Shown: positions 31,447 through 43,372 of the stretch, in pieces
Layout of the letters: every line of letters starts with the position of its first letter
Position numbering within the stretch: position 1 is the first letter of the stretch
Assembly (NCBI GenBank): GCA_010093745.1
Contig: MU005968.1
Coordinates: 62,001 to 126,000, forward strand
DNA length: 64,000 nucleotides
Direction of reading: 5' to 3'
From: Piedraia hortae CBS 480.64
Taxonomy: Eukaryota
The notes under the pieces: generated by a model
Told to the model about the DNA's origin: nothing
Seen by the model: the letters and a program-made list of their open reading frames with translations, nothing else
The model's database searches: none
Translations under genes and position numbers: made by a program

Positions 31447-34400
31447 ATGTCGGCCCACAGCAGCATAAACTCGCGGCCGATGACGCGAGGGAGGCGGCAG
31501 CCGTCGGGGACGGTTTGGCGGTCTTTTCCGGTGCGCGACGACGACGCCTATGAACACGCGCTGCGGGCGGCGTATCTGGCCTACCTCTTGCTGCCGCGAG
31601 CGAAGCGTGTGCAGCATGTACCGGCAGGACCAACCAAGGTGGTGCAGCGGAGCGCGACGAATATCCAGGACATGGTGCGCGATCTTAACCTCCTACGCGA
31701 CTCCAAGAGCACCCGTTTTCCCCACGGCTTCATGAATGCGCTGGACAAACGCATCTCGGGCGTCTTGGTCGGCACGGAGCGCGGAGCAGAGTATTCGGAC
31801 GCGCTGGTAAAACGCTCGTTTGCCAACTTCCTCAACGCCTTCAAGGAGCCCAGCTTCCGCAAGACCATGGAGAAGGACCGGCGCGTCGAGGACCTGCTGC
31901 TCATCTTTTTCTCGCGCGCCACGGCGGAGCTGCAAAAGGGAAAGCAGGACGACGACAGCTGGAAGTGGATGGTCGACCGTCACGTTGCGCTGTTTGTGCG
32001 TCTCATATCAAGTACGCTACACAACAACGACTGGACGCGCGACCGGCCAGAGCTCAGCAGCCGGCTCAAGACGCTCGAGACAAAGCTGCTGCAGCACGAT
32101 CAGGATTTGGCTGACGAGAGACAGCGAAACGGGGGCCAGGGAGGGCAGAGCATCGAGGTCGAGGTCCCACGCAGCTACGAAGTTCGTGATATGCCGCTTG
32201 TTTTGCGGGTCTGCAGCGTATTTGGCCGTCCTCCTTTTCAGGCCCAGGCTGATATCGATGCCCACCGGAACGAGTGGACGGAGCAGGCTGCACTCAGAGA
32301 CCTGAAGGAGTACCAAAACCAAATGTCTTTAAACAATTTCATCACATTAACTCGCGAAGACTTTGCCACAGATGAGGCCTTTGAGAGCTGGCGGAAGAGT
32401 GAATTATCCGATCTAAGCGGTATGATGCTTGCCCTGGTCCAGAGCAACCCAGATCTTGCCGGTACCAGCACCGATGACACGTCAATACCGCAGCTCTCAT
32501 CGCCCGTATCTGCTGGGGGAAATCCGTTTGGACAGGATCCAATTGTGGATAATGCAAGGCCCAACTACCTGATCGATTTGCCGCTCGACATGTCCGGTCT
32601 GGGGCTGGAAGGGTCAGGACTGGTGGATTCCGACACAGATACAGGCCAGGTTAGCTTTACTTTTATTCCCCCCGATGCGCGCGCAGTCTACCGTGCCGTG
32701 CTCCGGTCTTCCTTGAATCATGACATTGCACAAGTGACTAACGACGACGGCCCCAAGCTGCTCTCAAAGCAGTCGTCTGAGTTGCTTAATGAACTCGCTG
32801 CCAGGTGGCGTGTTCCGGCCTTCACTCACAATATAATTTTCATGGATGTTATCTGCGAAAAGTTCCAGCACCAGGAGCTTGACGTTGAGACTCTAGACGC
32901 CGCTTTCATGTATCTCAAAGAACCCCCAATGATTGACTCCAAAAAGGGTAGGACAGGGCAGACTCCGATATCGTTAGGAGACAAAACCAGGTGGACTTTG
33001 ACTGAATACTCAGCCTACCGGCAGATACTCGGCAGCTTACACGAAGCACTGCTGAAGGAGCTCTTTGAACTTTTCCAGCACTGCTATGAGAACAAGGCAC
33101 CCAGCATAGGCTCCGTCATGTATGTGCTGGAGAACCACATTTACGATGACGAAGCCTTTGGACAATTGCCTGAAGACTTGGACGCCTTCTCCATCCAGCT
33201 GGAGGAAAGGCTGCGGGAAAAGGCAAGGGACAAGTACGCATTCTTACTGAAGAAACACGTTAGTGACGAACAAGCGGAATGGGAATTCTACAACATCATC
33301 CAGCTCGGCAAGGCTGTGATTGAGCTTTGCGAGAAAATCAAAAAGCGGTACCGCAACAATCCCGAGGTTATGGGAGTGAATCCGTTGAGCATCTTGGCCG
33401 AAGAGACGCTGCCTAGTTTCGTTGATGATACACAGGATATTGTCAAACGCATCATGGAGGACCGAGGCGAGGACGAGGCCATCCACATCCAGGACGGCTT
33501 TGACCTTTACGACGAGCTGGTCAAGTTCCGGCAATACTATGCTGAGATCTTGCCGACGCGCGAGTCTAGTTTCCACGTCGAGGGCTTGTTACAGTCGTTT
33601 GTCTGGCGATGGATCGCACTGACGGATGGTAAAATCAACGATTGGGTCGCGAATGCCGTTTCCCACGATGAATTTCAGCTGGCGAAACATGTACCGGGCA
33701 GCGTTCTCAGCGATGCAGAGCGACACAGTCAGTCGGTCGTAGACGTGTACCAAATGTTCAATCAGTCCATTGACCAGATTGCTAACCTCAAGTGGGACGA
33801 TGACTTGCAATATGCAAAGTTCATGACGGCCATTTCCAAGTCAATTGGCAGGGGCGTAGCTAAATACTGCGATCTGCTAGAGACGCAGTTTATCAAGGAA
33901 ATGGACAGACAGACGCCGGAGCAGGAGGCCAAGGCGCAACAGACGCAAAGGGACAAATGGATCGCTGTGGCCAAAGAAGCGTGGACAACGGGTGGAAAGG
34001 GGCCAGCAGAGAAGATTGAGCCGTTTCAGTTCTGGCCTGAATCGTTTGTCAAGCTCAATGACATTGAATATGCTATTCTCCAGTTGGATAATGTGGAAAA
34101 GGAGATGAATGTCGATGCCTGTGCAGAAGTCATCAACCGCATCGAGCCGCCGCCGCCTCCAAATATCAGAAACGGGCGTACTAAGTTTCTATTCACCATC
34201 AAAATCATCGAAGCAGAAGACCTCAAGGCAGGCGACTCTAGCGGATATAGTGATCCCTATGTTGTTCTGGGTGATGAATACCAAAAACGTCTGGCAAAGA
34301 CGAGGACGGTGTACAGCAGTTTAAATCCGCGGTGGGATGAGTCATTTGATATTCTCACGACGGGTCCTCTTAATGTTATCGCTACTATTTGGGACTGGGA

Positions 34401-35586
34401 CATGCTGGGCGATCATGACTGCTTGGGCCGAACATCGTTGAAGCTAGATCCCAGCCATTTCAACGACTACCTCCCAAGGGAATACTGGCTAGATCTGGAT
34501 ACCCAAGGCCGCGTGCTCGTTCGCGTCAGCATGGAAGGCGAGCGGGACGACATCCAATTTCACTTTGGCAAAGCCTTTCGCACATTAAAACGAACTGAGC
34601 GAGACATGGCCCGCAAAGTTACCGACAAATTATCAGCCTATATCCAACAATGTCTCTCCCGTCGCACTCTCCGCAGCCTTCTCGGTCAAACTGGCCTCGG
34701 CGGTGTAGCAAAAGGGTACTTCTCCAAACTCTCCTCGCAAGTAGCCGGCCGACCTGTCATCGTCGCCTCCCTCCCCGCACCCACCGCCCCCACGAACGAC
34801 GAAATCGACAACGCCCTAAAACCCCTCCTAAACTACTTCGACGATAACTTCGCCATCATGAAACAAACCCTCACGGACAGCGGCATGATCATGATCATGA
34901 CTCGTCTCTGGAAAGAAGTCCTCGTAACCATCGAATCGCTTCTCGTCCCCCCTCTCTCCGACAAACTCTCCGCGCAACGCCCTTTAACCCAACAAGAAGT
35001 CGACATCGCCTACCGGTGGCTCTCCACCCTCTTCGACTTCTTCCATGCCTACGACGAAGACGACAAAACTGCTCACGGCGTCCCCCTCGACGTCCTCAAA
35101 AGCCCCAAATACCACGATCTCCAAAACCTAAACTTCTTCTACTCCGAAAGTACCGAAAACCTAATCCGAACAAGCGACTCCATCGCACAAGCAACAGCCC
35201 GAAGACAACAAACCTCCACTGCCTTACCCCAACGGAACCGCTTCTCCGCCCCACCCGGCGCAACACCACCCTTCGATACCCTCCCCGGCGCGCGAAGAAG
35301 CAAAACAATCATGTCATCCCGAAACCTCGGCACGATGCGTGCCGCGAAGAGACAGAAACGCGCTGAAGCGCAGGCTGATCCGTCGGATGATATGATTTTG
35401 CGCATCCTTCGAATGAGGCCAGAAGCAGAGAAGTATCTCAAAGATCGGTCAAGACAGAAGGAGCGTCTGGCGGCGGCTGCGGCAGCGGAGGCGATTGTGA
35501 GACAGAGTTTGCTTGCTAGGGGGAAGGGGGGTATGCAGCAGGCTTCGCAGCAGAGGGTGGCGAGGTGGGATACGATTAGGGAGTAG
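31447..35586 (+). CDS. Munc13-homology (MHD1-C2-MHD2) protein, YOR296W/Ync13-like
   Basis: Intronless 1379-aa ORF. C2 domain TIKIIEAEDLKA.D..GYSDPYV...LNPRWDE.F...WDWD..GDHD, flanked by helical MHD-like regions (SVVDVY.MF; PL..YFD.NF). Confidence 0.85.
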   Translation: MSAHSSINSRPMTRGRRQPSGTVWRSFPVRDDDAYEHALRAAYLAYLLLPRAKRVQHVPAGPTKVVQRSATNIQDMVRDLNLLRDSKSTRFPHGFMNALDKRISGVLVGTERGAEYSDALVKRSFANFLNAFKEPSFRKTMEKDRRVEDLLLIFFSRATAELQKGKQDDDSWKWMVDRHVALFVRLISSTLHNNDWTRDRPELSSRLKTLETKLLQHDQDLADERQRNGGQGGQSIEVEVPRSYEVRDMPLVLRVCSVFGRPPFQAQADIDAHRNEWTEQAALRDLKEYQNQMSLNNFITLTREDFATDEAFESWRKSELSDLSGMMLALVQSNPDLAGTSTDDTSIPQLSSPVSAGGNPFGQDPIVDNARPNYLIDLPLDMSGLGLEGSGLVDSDTDTGQVSFTFIPPDARAVYRAVLRSSLNHDIAQVTNDDGPKLLSKQSSELLNELAARWRVPAFTHNIIFMDVICEKFQHQELDVETLDAAFMYLKEPPMIDSKKGRTGQTPISLGDKTRWTLTEYSAYRQILGSLHEALLKELFELFQHCYENKAPSIGSVMYVLENHIYDDEAFGQLPEDLDAFSIQLEERLREKARDKYAFLLKKHVSDEQAEWEFYNIIQLGKAVIELCEKIKKRYRNNPEVMGVNPLSILAEETLPSFVDDTQDIVKRIMEDRGEDEAIHIQDGFDLYDELVKFRQYYAEILPTRESSFHVEGLLQSFVWRWIALTDGKINDWVANAVSHDEFQLAKHVPGSVLSDAERHSQSVVDVYQMFNQSIDQIANLKWDDDLQYAKFMTAISKSIGRGVAKYCDLLETQFIKEMDRQTPEQEAKAQQTQRDKWIAVAKEAWTTGGKGPAEKIEPFQFWPESFVKLNDIEYAILQLDNVEKEMNVDACAEVINRIEPPPPPNIRNGRTKFLFTIKIIEAEDLKAGDSSGYSDPYVVLGDEYQKRLAKTRTVYSSLNPRWDESFDILTTGPLNVIATIWDWDMLGDHDCLGRTSLKLDPSHFNDYLPREYWLDLDTQGRVLVRVSMEGERDDIQFHFGKAFRTLKRTERDMARKVTDKLSAYIQQCLSRRTLRSLLGQTGLGGVAKGYFSKLSSQVAGRPVIVASLPAPTAPTNDEIDNALKPLLNYFDDNFAIMKQTLTDSGMIMIMTRLWKEVLVTIESLLVPPLSDKLSAQRPLTQQEVDIAYRWLSTLFDFFHAYDEDDKTAHGVPLDVLKSPKYHDLQNLNFFYSESTENLIRTSDSIAQATARRQQTSTALPQRNRFSAPPGATPPFDTLPGARRSKTIMSSRNLGTMRAAKRQKRAEAQADPSDDMILRILRMRPEAEKYLKDRSRQKERLAAAAAAEAIVRQSLLARGKGGMQQASQQRVARWDTIRE

Positions 35587-35802
35587 AGTTCTACGGCTCT
35601 GTGTATAGGAGTGGGGGGTGTATATTAGCGTGGGTAGGTATATTATTATCTGCGTCTGAGTTTTGCGGGAGTTGAGGGTTTGGGGTGGGCGGACGCCTGC
35701 GGCCGCCTTTGCGGGTTCGTGCGCGGGGGATAAGGTTTGGACGAATTTCGGCGTTGGGGGTTACGCGATTGGCCTAGCACACATTTGTGCCAAATACATG
35801 CG

Positions 35803-35950
35803 GGCCAGATGGTTTGTTGTTTCCAGATGCTTCTGTTTCTCTGCGGTTTGCAACCTGGTCTTAAATAAAGGCTGGCCCTCATTTAGATAAGATTCCTTCC
35901 ACCAGGGAGGATGTTGACAGAGCTGATCATCTCATCTTCTGGGCTGTCTC
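35803..35950 (+). repeat. Diverged direct repeat (partner at about 20815-20960)
   Basis: Same ordered blocks as 20815-20960. Confidence 0.65.
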
Positions 35951-36134
35951 ATCGCCACATATTTCTCCATCGAAGCCTCGACCTCTATATACGATCATCC
36001 AACGAGATTCCCATAAGTGGAAATGGGTTGCATGCATGACTCGATCCTATAATCAAAGACATGAAATTTCCAATGGAAATTTGAAACATTATGTCGAAAG
36101 ATAACAAGTTCCCAAGAACAAATCATTGAGTGGG

Positions 36135-36460
36135 AACCACAGCAAATCAACAATGGCGTTACCCCAACTATTGTCGAACAATCCATGAAAGTCGTAAACA
36201 TCACGACCAATTTCCTCACCTTATGGACCCGCCCTCTTCCCCGTCCATATCCCAAAAATCAAGGAAATCAATCTGCAAAGTGACATGTCTACACCGAACT
36301 CGAACTATATCCCCTAGGGATCCGACCGCCCCACCAAAAAACTTAACGCGCAAGCCCCGGTGTTCGAGTTTCAGAAGTAACCTCCCCAAATCGGGAGGAG
36401 GTTGCGTGGTATGTCCCAACGGGCCCATTTTCCCATCCTCTTAGGGGCAGATCACTTCCT
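36135..36460 (+). pseudogene. Pseudogenised paralog (leader plus ORF) of the 15797 micro-ORF
   Basis: Aligns with about 15655-15985. ATG at 36285 gives MSTPNSNYIP*GSDRPTKKLNAQAPVFEFQK*, with stops at 36315 and 36378. Confidence 0.65.
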
Positions 36461-37249
36461 CAATACCTTAAGAATAACAAGACAATTCAACTCAATGCAT
36501 GAGCATAATAACGGATACTGTTCTTGTTCCTACTTTCCGTGTCCATATTGCACATGACGCTGCGCTAGATCACCACCTCCATATTCCATCAAGAAGCATG
36601 TGTTATTTCCACTTCCATCGCTTGTTCGGTTTCTTCACAACAAATCACAACACATTTGTCCAAATTTGATGAGGTGGAATTCAGATCTTGAAGGCTGCAT
36701 TGAAAGAAAGCAGAACCCGTTTGCTAGTTGTGGAGCGAGGGCTTAGCCACGGGTCGTGAGCTGAAGTTGGAGGATAGCCGATGTTACCAAAGATATCATT
36801 TGCGTAGAATTATCGAGGTTCCCGGTTTCCATCTCCATGGTTATGTGTGAGCTTCTTCAGATGGCCCGACATTGTGGTAATCGCTCAATGATGCAAACAG
36901 ATATTTAAAGCTTGCCATACTCTTGCACTTTATGTGTACACACGTCATCGGTCGGCTGTATGCATGCACGCCACATTTACTCCTCATCATATCTCAGCAT
37001 TGGACAGGTAGAGCCTTGCAACAGCTTCTTTCATCCCGGCTTACTTCAGTCTTGGTCTTCTTACTTCCTTCATGCCCAAAAATGCCCAAATGGGTGAAGC
37101 GCTTCAAAGCGGAGGGTGTATCACAGCTCTCACAGTTACAAAACTCCACTTCAAATGCTTCTACCTCATAAACTACAGCTTCCACTGTACAGGCTTTGCA
37201 GCCTTCGCAGCTACAAAATGCGATTGTACAATCTCCAGTGCCATGGTTA

Positions 37250-39066
37250 GTTTCGCGGAACGCATTTCGGGGTAGAAGGCAACTGACGTTTGATGCTCTT
37301 GACTGTCTTCCATCGGAGGAATGCAGGGTTGTTAAGGATCAATTTGGTTGCGGTTGGAGTTCTGGCCTCGAGAGGGCAAAATCAAACTTAAAGGTCTGAT
37401 CAATGGACTATCAAGATGAGGAAAGTTACTCGTCAGATGATGTAGTTCGCATCGGTGTTTGGCATTGCGTCAAATGTCCAAGCTGAGGTACTTAGCTTGC
37501 CATGGGCCGGAATTCGGTCTTTACTGATGGTAAGCAGCTATTCTTCGAATGCATCACCTAATAAACTGTCTTCCTAGGTGGCTGAGAAGGTTGAAGCGCA
37601 AAGCGAGTCAATTCTGCGGTGAATCGAAACGGAGCTGGAGGCAAGCTATCTCCTCAACGTATACTTTAACACATACAGCCAGCTCAATTGGACGCCCGCG
37701 ATCGGACGCTTGTATCATAATGTCGTGGAATTGTACGGCCTGATTTTGAATTTCCTAGCGGACGCACGCAAAACATGCGGCATGAACAGGGGGGAACAAA
37801 TTGTACATGCCTTGGCCAGTGTGGTTATACTAAGTTTCAGAACAGATCATGACGTGATGCTGAAAGCTGTTAAACCTCATGCAAAAGCTTGCGACCTTGA
37901 GGTGTCGGAGGAGCAGCGGGCATGGGTCAAAATCAGCTAGGCCCTCTGAAAAAAGATCCAGGGGCACACAAAATGGGGACTCGAGGGCGTACAGCGAACT
38001 TTAGATCTCAATGCTCTCCCGACGGCAGCTGGTGCAGCTTTCAACTCAACAGACTATGATAATCGCGATCATATTGGCCCGTTGCAGTTGTGTCTGGATG
38101 GTACCCGGGTTCAAACCAGACAGACCGTACTAAACTGGGCAACCACCGCCAATAATCAAAGGGTATTCTGGCTGTCTAGGAAGGCAGGGTCGGGCAAATC
38201 TATAATTGGTCGAACCGTTGCCCATGGACTAGGAAAATAATGGTACTTGGTGGGAAGCTTTTTCTTCAAGCGCGGTCATGGTAAATTGAGCCATGTTCGT
38301 TATTTGTTCCCCACTATTGCCCGTCAAATGGCCAGTTCCATACCTAGCATAGGCCACCAAATTGCTGCCGCCTCTCACGGCATACCTCCTGTCGGTGAAA
38401 GGTCATTGACAAGCCGGTTCGACACTCTTGTTAAGAAACCACTTTTAGGGTATAGCACAGGTCATGCAATAGATTTCAGAGTGGTTATCATTGACGCACT
38501 TGATGAGGGCGAAGAATGGGAGCAATAGGTCATGCTGTTACTCTTTGGACGAGACTTCGTGCCCATACGTCCATGAATCTTAGAGTCGACCACAACGTTG
38601 TGGATAAGCTCAGCACATTGGATCGCAATGATCTCCAGCACGAAAGGCTTGAGGACTTGCAAATAAGCACTATAAAACAAGACTTGACGATGTTCTGTGA
38701 CGATGAACTCAGGAACCTTCGCGAGTGGAGCAGGGATACTTCAAGCTATGAACGACTAGAGGACAACTGGCCAGGAGAAATCGTTGTTAACAAACTCGTT
38801 GACATATGTCAGCTATTGTTCATTACGGCTTCAACAATTTTCAGAGAGGTGAGTATTGATCCATGACACCGGCTCAACTTCACTGGAGCGGAAGCGTTGA
38901 CCGTGATTTATGCGGACATTCTTAGACAAGCAGCTGATCTCGACACAGAGTGGCTGAGATTGTTCAATAAGATCATCAAACTGATTGCTGTACTACATTC
39001 TCCACTCACTATCCTGGCGCTTACGGATCTGCTAGGACAAGAAGACAACATGACTGTTTCTAATGC
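37250..39066 (+). pseudogene. NACHT NTPase (fungal NLR / HET-E-like) pseudogene, 3' truncated
   Basis: CLDGTRV..., FWLSRKAGSGKS (P-loop, 38166-38201), GSFFFKRG, LFPTIARQ, Walker B VIIDALDE. In-frame stops at 37938, 38238 and 38526 plus frameshifts; an intron-like GTAAG..CTAAT..TAG near 37530-37577. Confidence 0.85.
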
Positions 39067-42000
39067 TCAGGAACTCAAATATAGCCAGTTCAGTCTGTTC
39101 AGTTCAAGTGGCGATTTAACCATCGCCCTCTCCCCTTCTTTGTCCCCTAATGATCTTAGCCAGACGGTTACTGTGGATATCAAATCCGCATTGTCACCCG
39201 GCCTCGACAGAACGTTGGCCAGAACATTTGCTTTCCCTGCCTGATAGACAATCCTGACTGCGTAATGTTCAAAGGAGTCAATGAATCTGACAATTTTGGG
39301 TGGTTGGCTTGTCTTTGTCGAGATTTGCTTGAAGGATTGATGGTCGGTAAAAACCGTGATATTTGTGCCCAAGAGTCAGTGGGACCAGTTTTAAAGGGCC
39401 AGAACGATAGCCAAGAATTCCCTCTCCTATGCTGAGTATCGTGATTGGGGGTCGGCCAATTTTCGAGAGAAGTACGAAACAGGATGGAGGGTTGACTTCT
39501 TGTTCGCATCGTCTAGATGTGGCTGTAGGAGAGCCGCACCCACATGCTTTTGACTGACATCGACCTCCAAAAAGTTGGACAGTCGCCAATCATATGTTCG
39601 CAAAACAGGTAGCGATGTGAGCGCGTCACGTATATCCTGCCACTCTGCTTGTGCCTTGGCTGATAGTTCGACTTTATGGTTTTTTTGGTCCGCCAGTGTA
39701 ACTGGTCAGGTTGCTCACTCTCTGGGAGACATTCGATATTAAGTGTCTCAAATAGCCTGCGGCATTCACAAATCCACGAACAGGAGTAGTCGTAGTTGGC
39801 ATCGGGCGGTCGCGAATTGCGGATACCTTTGCTGGGTCTGCGTAAATGCGATGTCTGGCGATGATAAAACCGAGAAAATTCCCCTCGGTAACAAATAGAG
39901 CAGACTTGGCGGTGTTCAAAATCAGGCCGTATGTGTGTAGTTTCCCAAACACTAAGACGAGCCTCCGATTAAGTTCGGCGCGGCTGTCGGCCCATATTGC
40001 AATATCATCAAGAAGCCCTGCAGTGAACTCCTTGACATCCGATAAAATTTCCCTCAATAAGAGCTTGAAATGTGGCCGGGGCATTACAATGCCCAGATGG
40101 CATCACACGCCACTCATACATGCCAAGTGGGGTCGCGAATGCCGCTTTCCCTCGATCCTTCTCTGACATGCGCACATGCCAAAAACGTCTTTCAAATCGA
40201 CAAAAGCATAGTAGTGCTTACCAGCAGATCGTTGAATTTGATCGGCGGTATTTGGAAATGGGTGAGCGTGCTTTTTGGTGCGGCTGTTCAACTCGCGGTA
40301 ATCACAGCATATCCTCCATATGGTTTTTGTCGTTAGTGAAACGACTTGATTTCGTGCCCGGTGGCTTTTTAGGGGCTAGATGAGCGGCGGAGGACCGCTC
40401 CTCGCGGCTCTTCTAGATTATGCTGCCGTTATGATTCTTGACAAAGTCACGCAAAGCATGTTCTTGGGAAGGGCTACACCGTTTGGGAGGGGAACGCACG
40501 GGTGGATTGGCTCCCGTGTCTATTGAGTGTTCCGTTTTAGCAACCAAATCGGTTTTGCGCCTGCTCTGGTCGAACAGTCCTCGAAATTGTGTGACATAGT
40601 GGTTGATATAATTCGCTACTGCGGGGTCATCGACCGGCGTAGGAGCTTTCCATTTGATGTTGGACGGTGAAAATGGACTCTCCGTAGCTGTGTAGCAAGC
40701 GTGTGGTCGAGGCACCTTTTTAGCAGGGTGTAAAGCTGGGCTGCCATTGAAACATAATAGAACGACAGCTTCTTTGCCCGTACTGCCCTTCCAGGTTACT
40801 CCCCACCTATGGAAAACACTTCTACCAAGCGTAAGCTCGCCCGGAAAGGTCCCGTTAGGTACAACACCGCACGAAACGGTGAAACAGGTGCTCCAGCCAC
40901 CGCGTACCGAAATCTGGGCGGTCACCATGACATCTTGTCCGACATGTGGCCCTTTACCCTCAATGCCAGACATTGTGCTTGGCTTTTGAGATGCGTAGGG
41001 GTCCAGGTGCTTTGCGGGTGACTCTGAACAATAGAAAGAGGGGCAACCGTAATCGAAAAATGTCAAAAATTTTGTTCCGTTCGGTAAACGCGACGCCAAC
41101 AGATTGTGTGGAGTCCCGTAACCCTCTCTCAAGGCCTTCTGGCTCGAGAGTGGCGGTTTGTTGCCGGCACCCTCCTCCACAAAGAAGGCGCCTTGGCTCC
41201 CCTAGGCCGACCGAAGGGCATTAAGCATGGCATCAAGATCATGCTCTGCCTCGTCATCATCTAGTCGGGAATCTGCGTCACGTTTTCCGTCTTCGTCATC
41301 GTCCGTAAGTGGATCATTATAACCAAGGTGTATACCCTTTCCTCGGGCGCGATCTCGACCTTTCGAGGCCCTACGGCCAACCGCCTTTCTGAATCTCTCT
41401 CCAATGGGGGCCCGCTTATCCTCGTACAAAGGTCCTTTGAGGGTAACTCGTTTTCCTGATCATGATTTTTTTTGATTTGGCCCGACAATCTCGAGCCCAA
41501 TGACCTGTCCTGCCGCAATTGCAGCATATATTCTCACGTTCGCGAGCAGCGCCGACAAAATATCCTCCGCAGTGACCAATGTCAGGGCCGTAGTCGGCTC
41601 TGCTGTTTACACAATGCGCTGATCCTTCAAAAGCTTTATTCACAGTACGGTCATCTTACTGAGGATTACTGACCTGCGGTGGTGTTTGGCCGGCTGCGGC
41701 GTCATAGAGCAACTTGGGAGTTGTACCAGTCACACTCGCTTCGTACCATGGTGCAGACGTTCCTTGAAGTGTGATGTTCGTACTCGGCAAGCTATAGGTA
41801 GAGTTCTCTACAGCACTACGGTTGAACAGCTCTGCCCGAGTAATCGCTTTCTCCATTATCTCGGAGGTACTGCACTTAGCGATGCTGTCTTGTATCTCGC
41901 TATAGATTTTCGGCTGGTACGTTCTCAGCTTTTTCAGCAACATGGCTCGGATAACTCCTGCGTCACGTTGTTTGAAGGAAAACTTATACAAAGCGTCCCG

Positions 42001-43370
42001 TACCCTCCAGCTGAATGCTAAATAGTTCTCATTTTGCTGCGGAAGAATGGTCATGAACTGCGTATAGTTTGAAAATAGCAGCCCACGGTCGAAGAGAATT
42101 TGCAGGATTCCGAGAACGAGAAGGGTCCACGTGCATGCACGGGCGCCTGCCTACATGGCAACTTGTTCAAAATCTCCGCCATCTCTAGGGTGACCCTACT
42201 AGGCCAGAGGTGATACGGCACCATGGCCTGCTATAGGAGAACTTGGATTCGCTGGAGCTTACCAAGCGTCATATGGTACGTTTTCGTCAGTTGTAATTCC
42301 TTTGGTAACATGACCTTGTTCCTGCTAGTAGCTTCACATAGATCGAACTTGCCTTCTAGGACCGTCTTGGGGAAGTATTTCTTGACGTAGAGTTCCCGTT
42401 CGGTGGGCTCTCGGGTCCTAGTAGTGGTGGGCGGTGCGAAAAAATTGTAACGCGTGAAGGGTTTTAGACCATTGGTTTCTTGATTTGAGATTTTGTGTAC
42501 CGGATTCGGGCCTGATTCCTCGATGGTGGTGAGGTGGCGGCTTGCAGGTCTCCTTCCTCGGGCTGCTTGTAGTTCCTACGGCCTCCCGCATCCTGAGAAC
42601 GCCATTAGCTATCCGAACATCCTATTCTAGGCGACACTCTTTCCCATGTTCCTCCACATTGGTTCCGGGTGTATGTAGGACTGGGGGCGTCATGAGGCGC
42701 TCTTTCCACAGATGGGCGGGGTTCCACAGGAGCTTTATCCACTGCAACCCTCGAGCGTGCCTCCAACAGGCGCTTAATCTCATCCATGGCGTCTCTCAAG
42801 TCCGACTTGGATGCAAGATTGTCAATTTACTTTCCATAATCGACCATCGTAGACTCCACACGCGAGAAACGGTCGCTGATCAGGTCAAACTCATTCTGTA
42901 CAGTGTTGGAGAGCTCCTTGAACTGCTGTTCATTGCGTTCGAGTTTTCCGTCCAACTGGGTGGACAGGCGGTTCACGCGCGCATTCAATTGCTGAATCGT
43001 GATGGTATTCCCATGCAGATTGCCAGCGGTGAGAGTCTGTTCATCGGCCTCCTGCTTGCCGGCCTTGGATGACTCTCCTTCCATCGCTGCGAAAATTTTG
43101 ATGACTGGGATTTACCCTTAAAAATAGCTATTTTGTGGCTTTTCGAAATAAATTCACGCACAACAGTGTTAGACCACCTCTCTCACGACCTTCCGACGTT
43201 CCACAGGGAATCAACGAAGGTGCGGTGTGAAACTGAGGTATTGTCTAAGGTATCTCTATCTCCTGCGGTCGAGCGACGAGGAGCCGCTCTTGAGCCTTAG
43301 TTTCTACCTCACCTCTTCCAAGGCACACATGAAGAGCTTCAATTGGGGAAAACTATTCTGCACCATTCAT
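39067..43370 (-). mobile_element. Degenerate Ty3/Gypsy LTR retrotransposon (gag, zinc knuckle, protease, RT, RNase H; integrase missing)
   Basis: CCNCGRTGHWARDC knuckle (~41480-41525), protease-like FFDYGC, H.IDTG..PP+R, RT YAFVDLK / GLLDDIAIW / FLGF+I, RNase H TDHQS / YQAGKANVLANVLSR. Many stops and frameshifts. Possible 5' LTR ending in ..CA at 43226. Confidence 0.88.
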
Positions 43371-43372
43371 AC

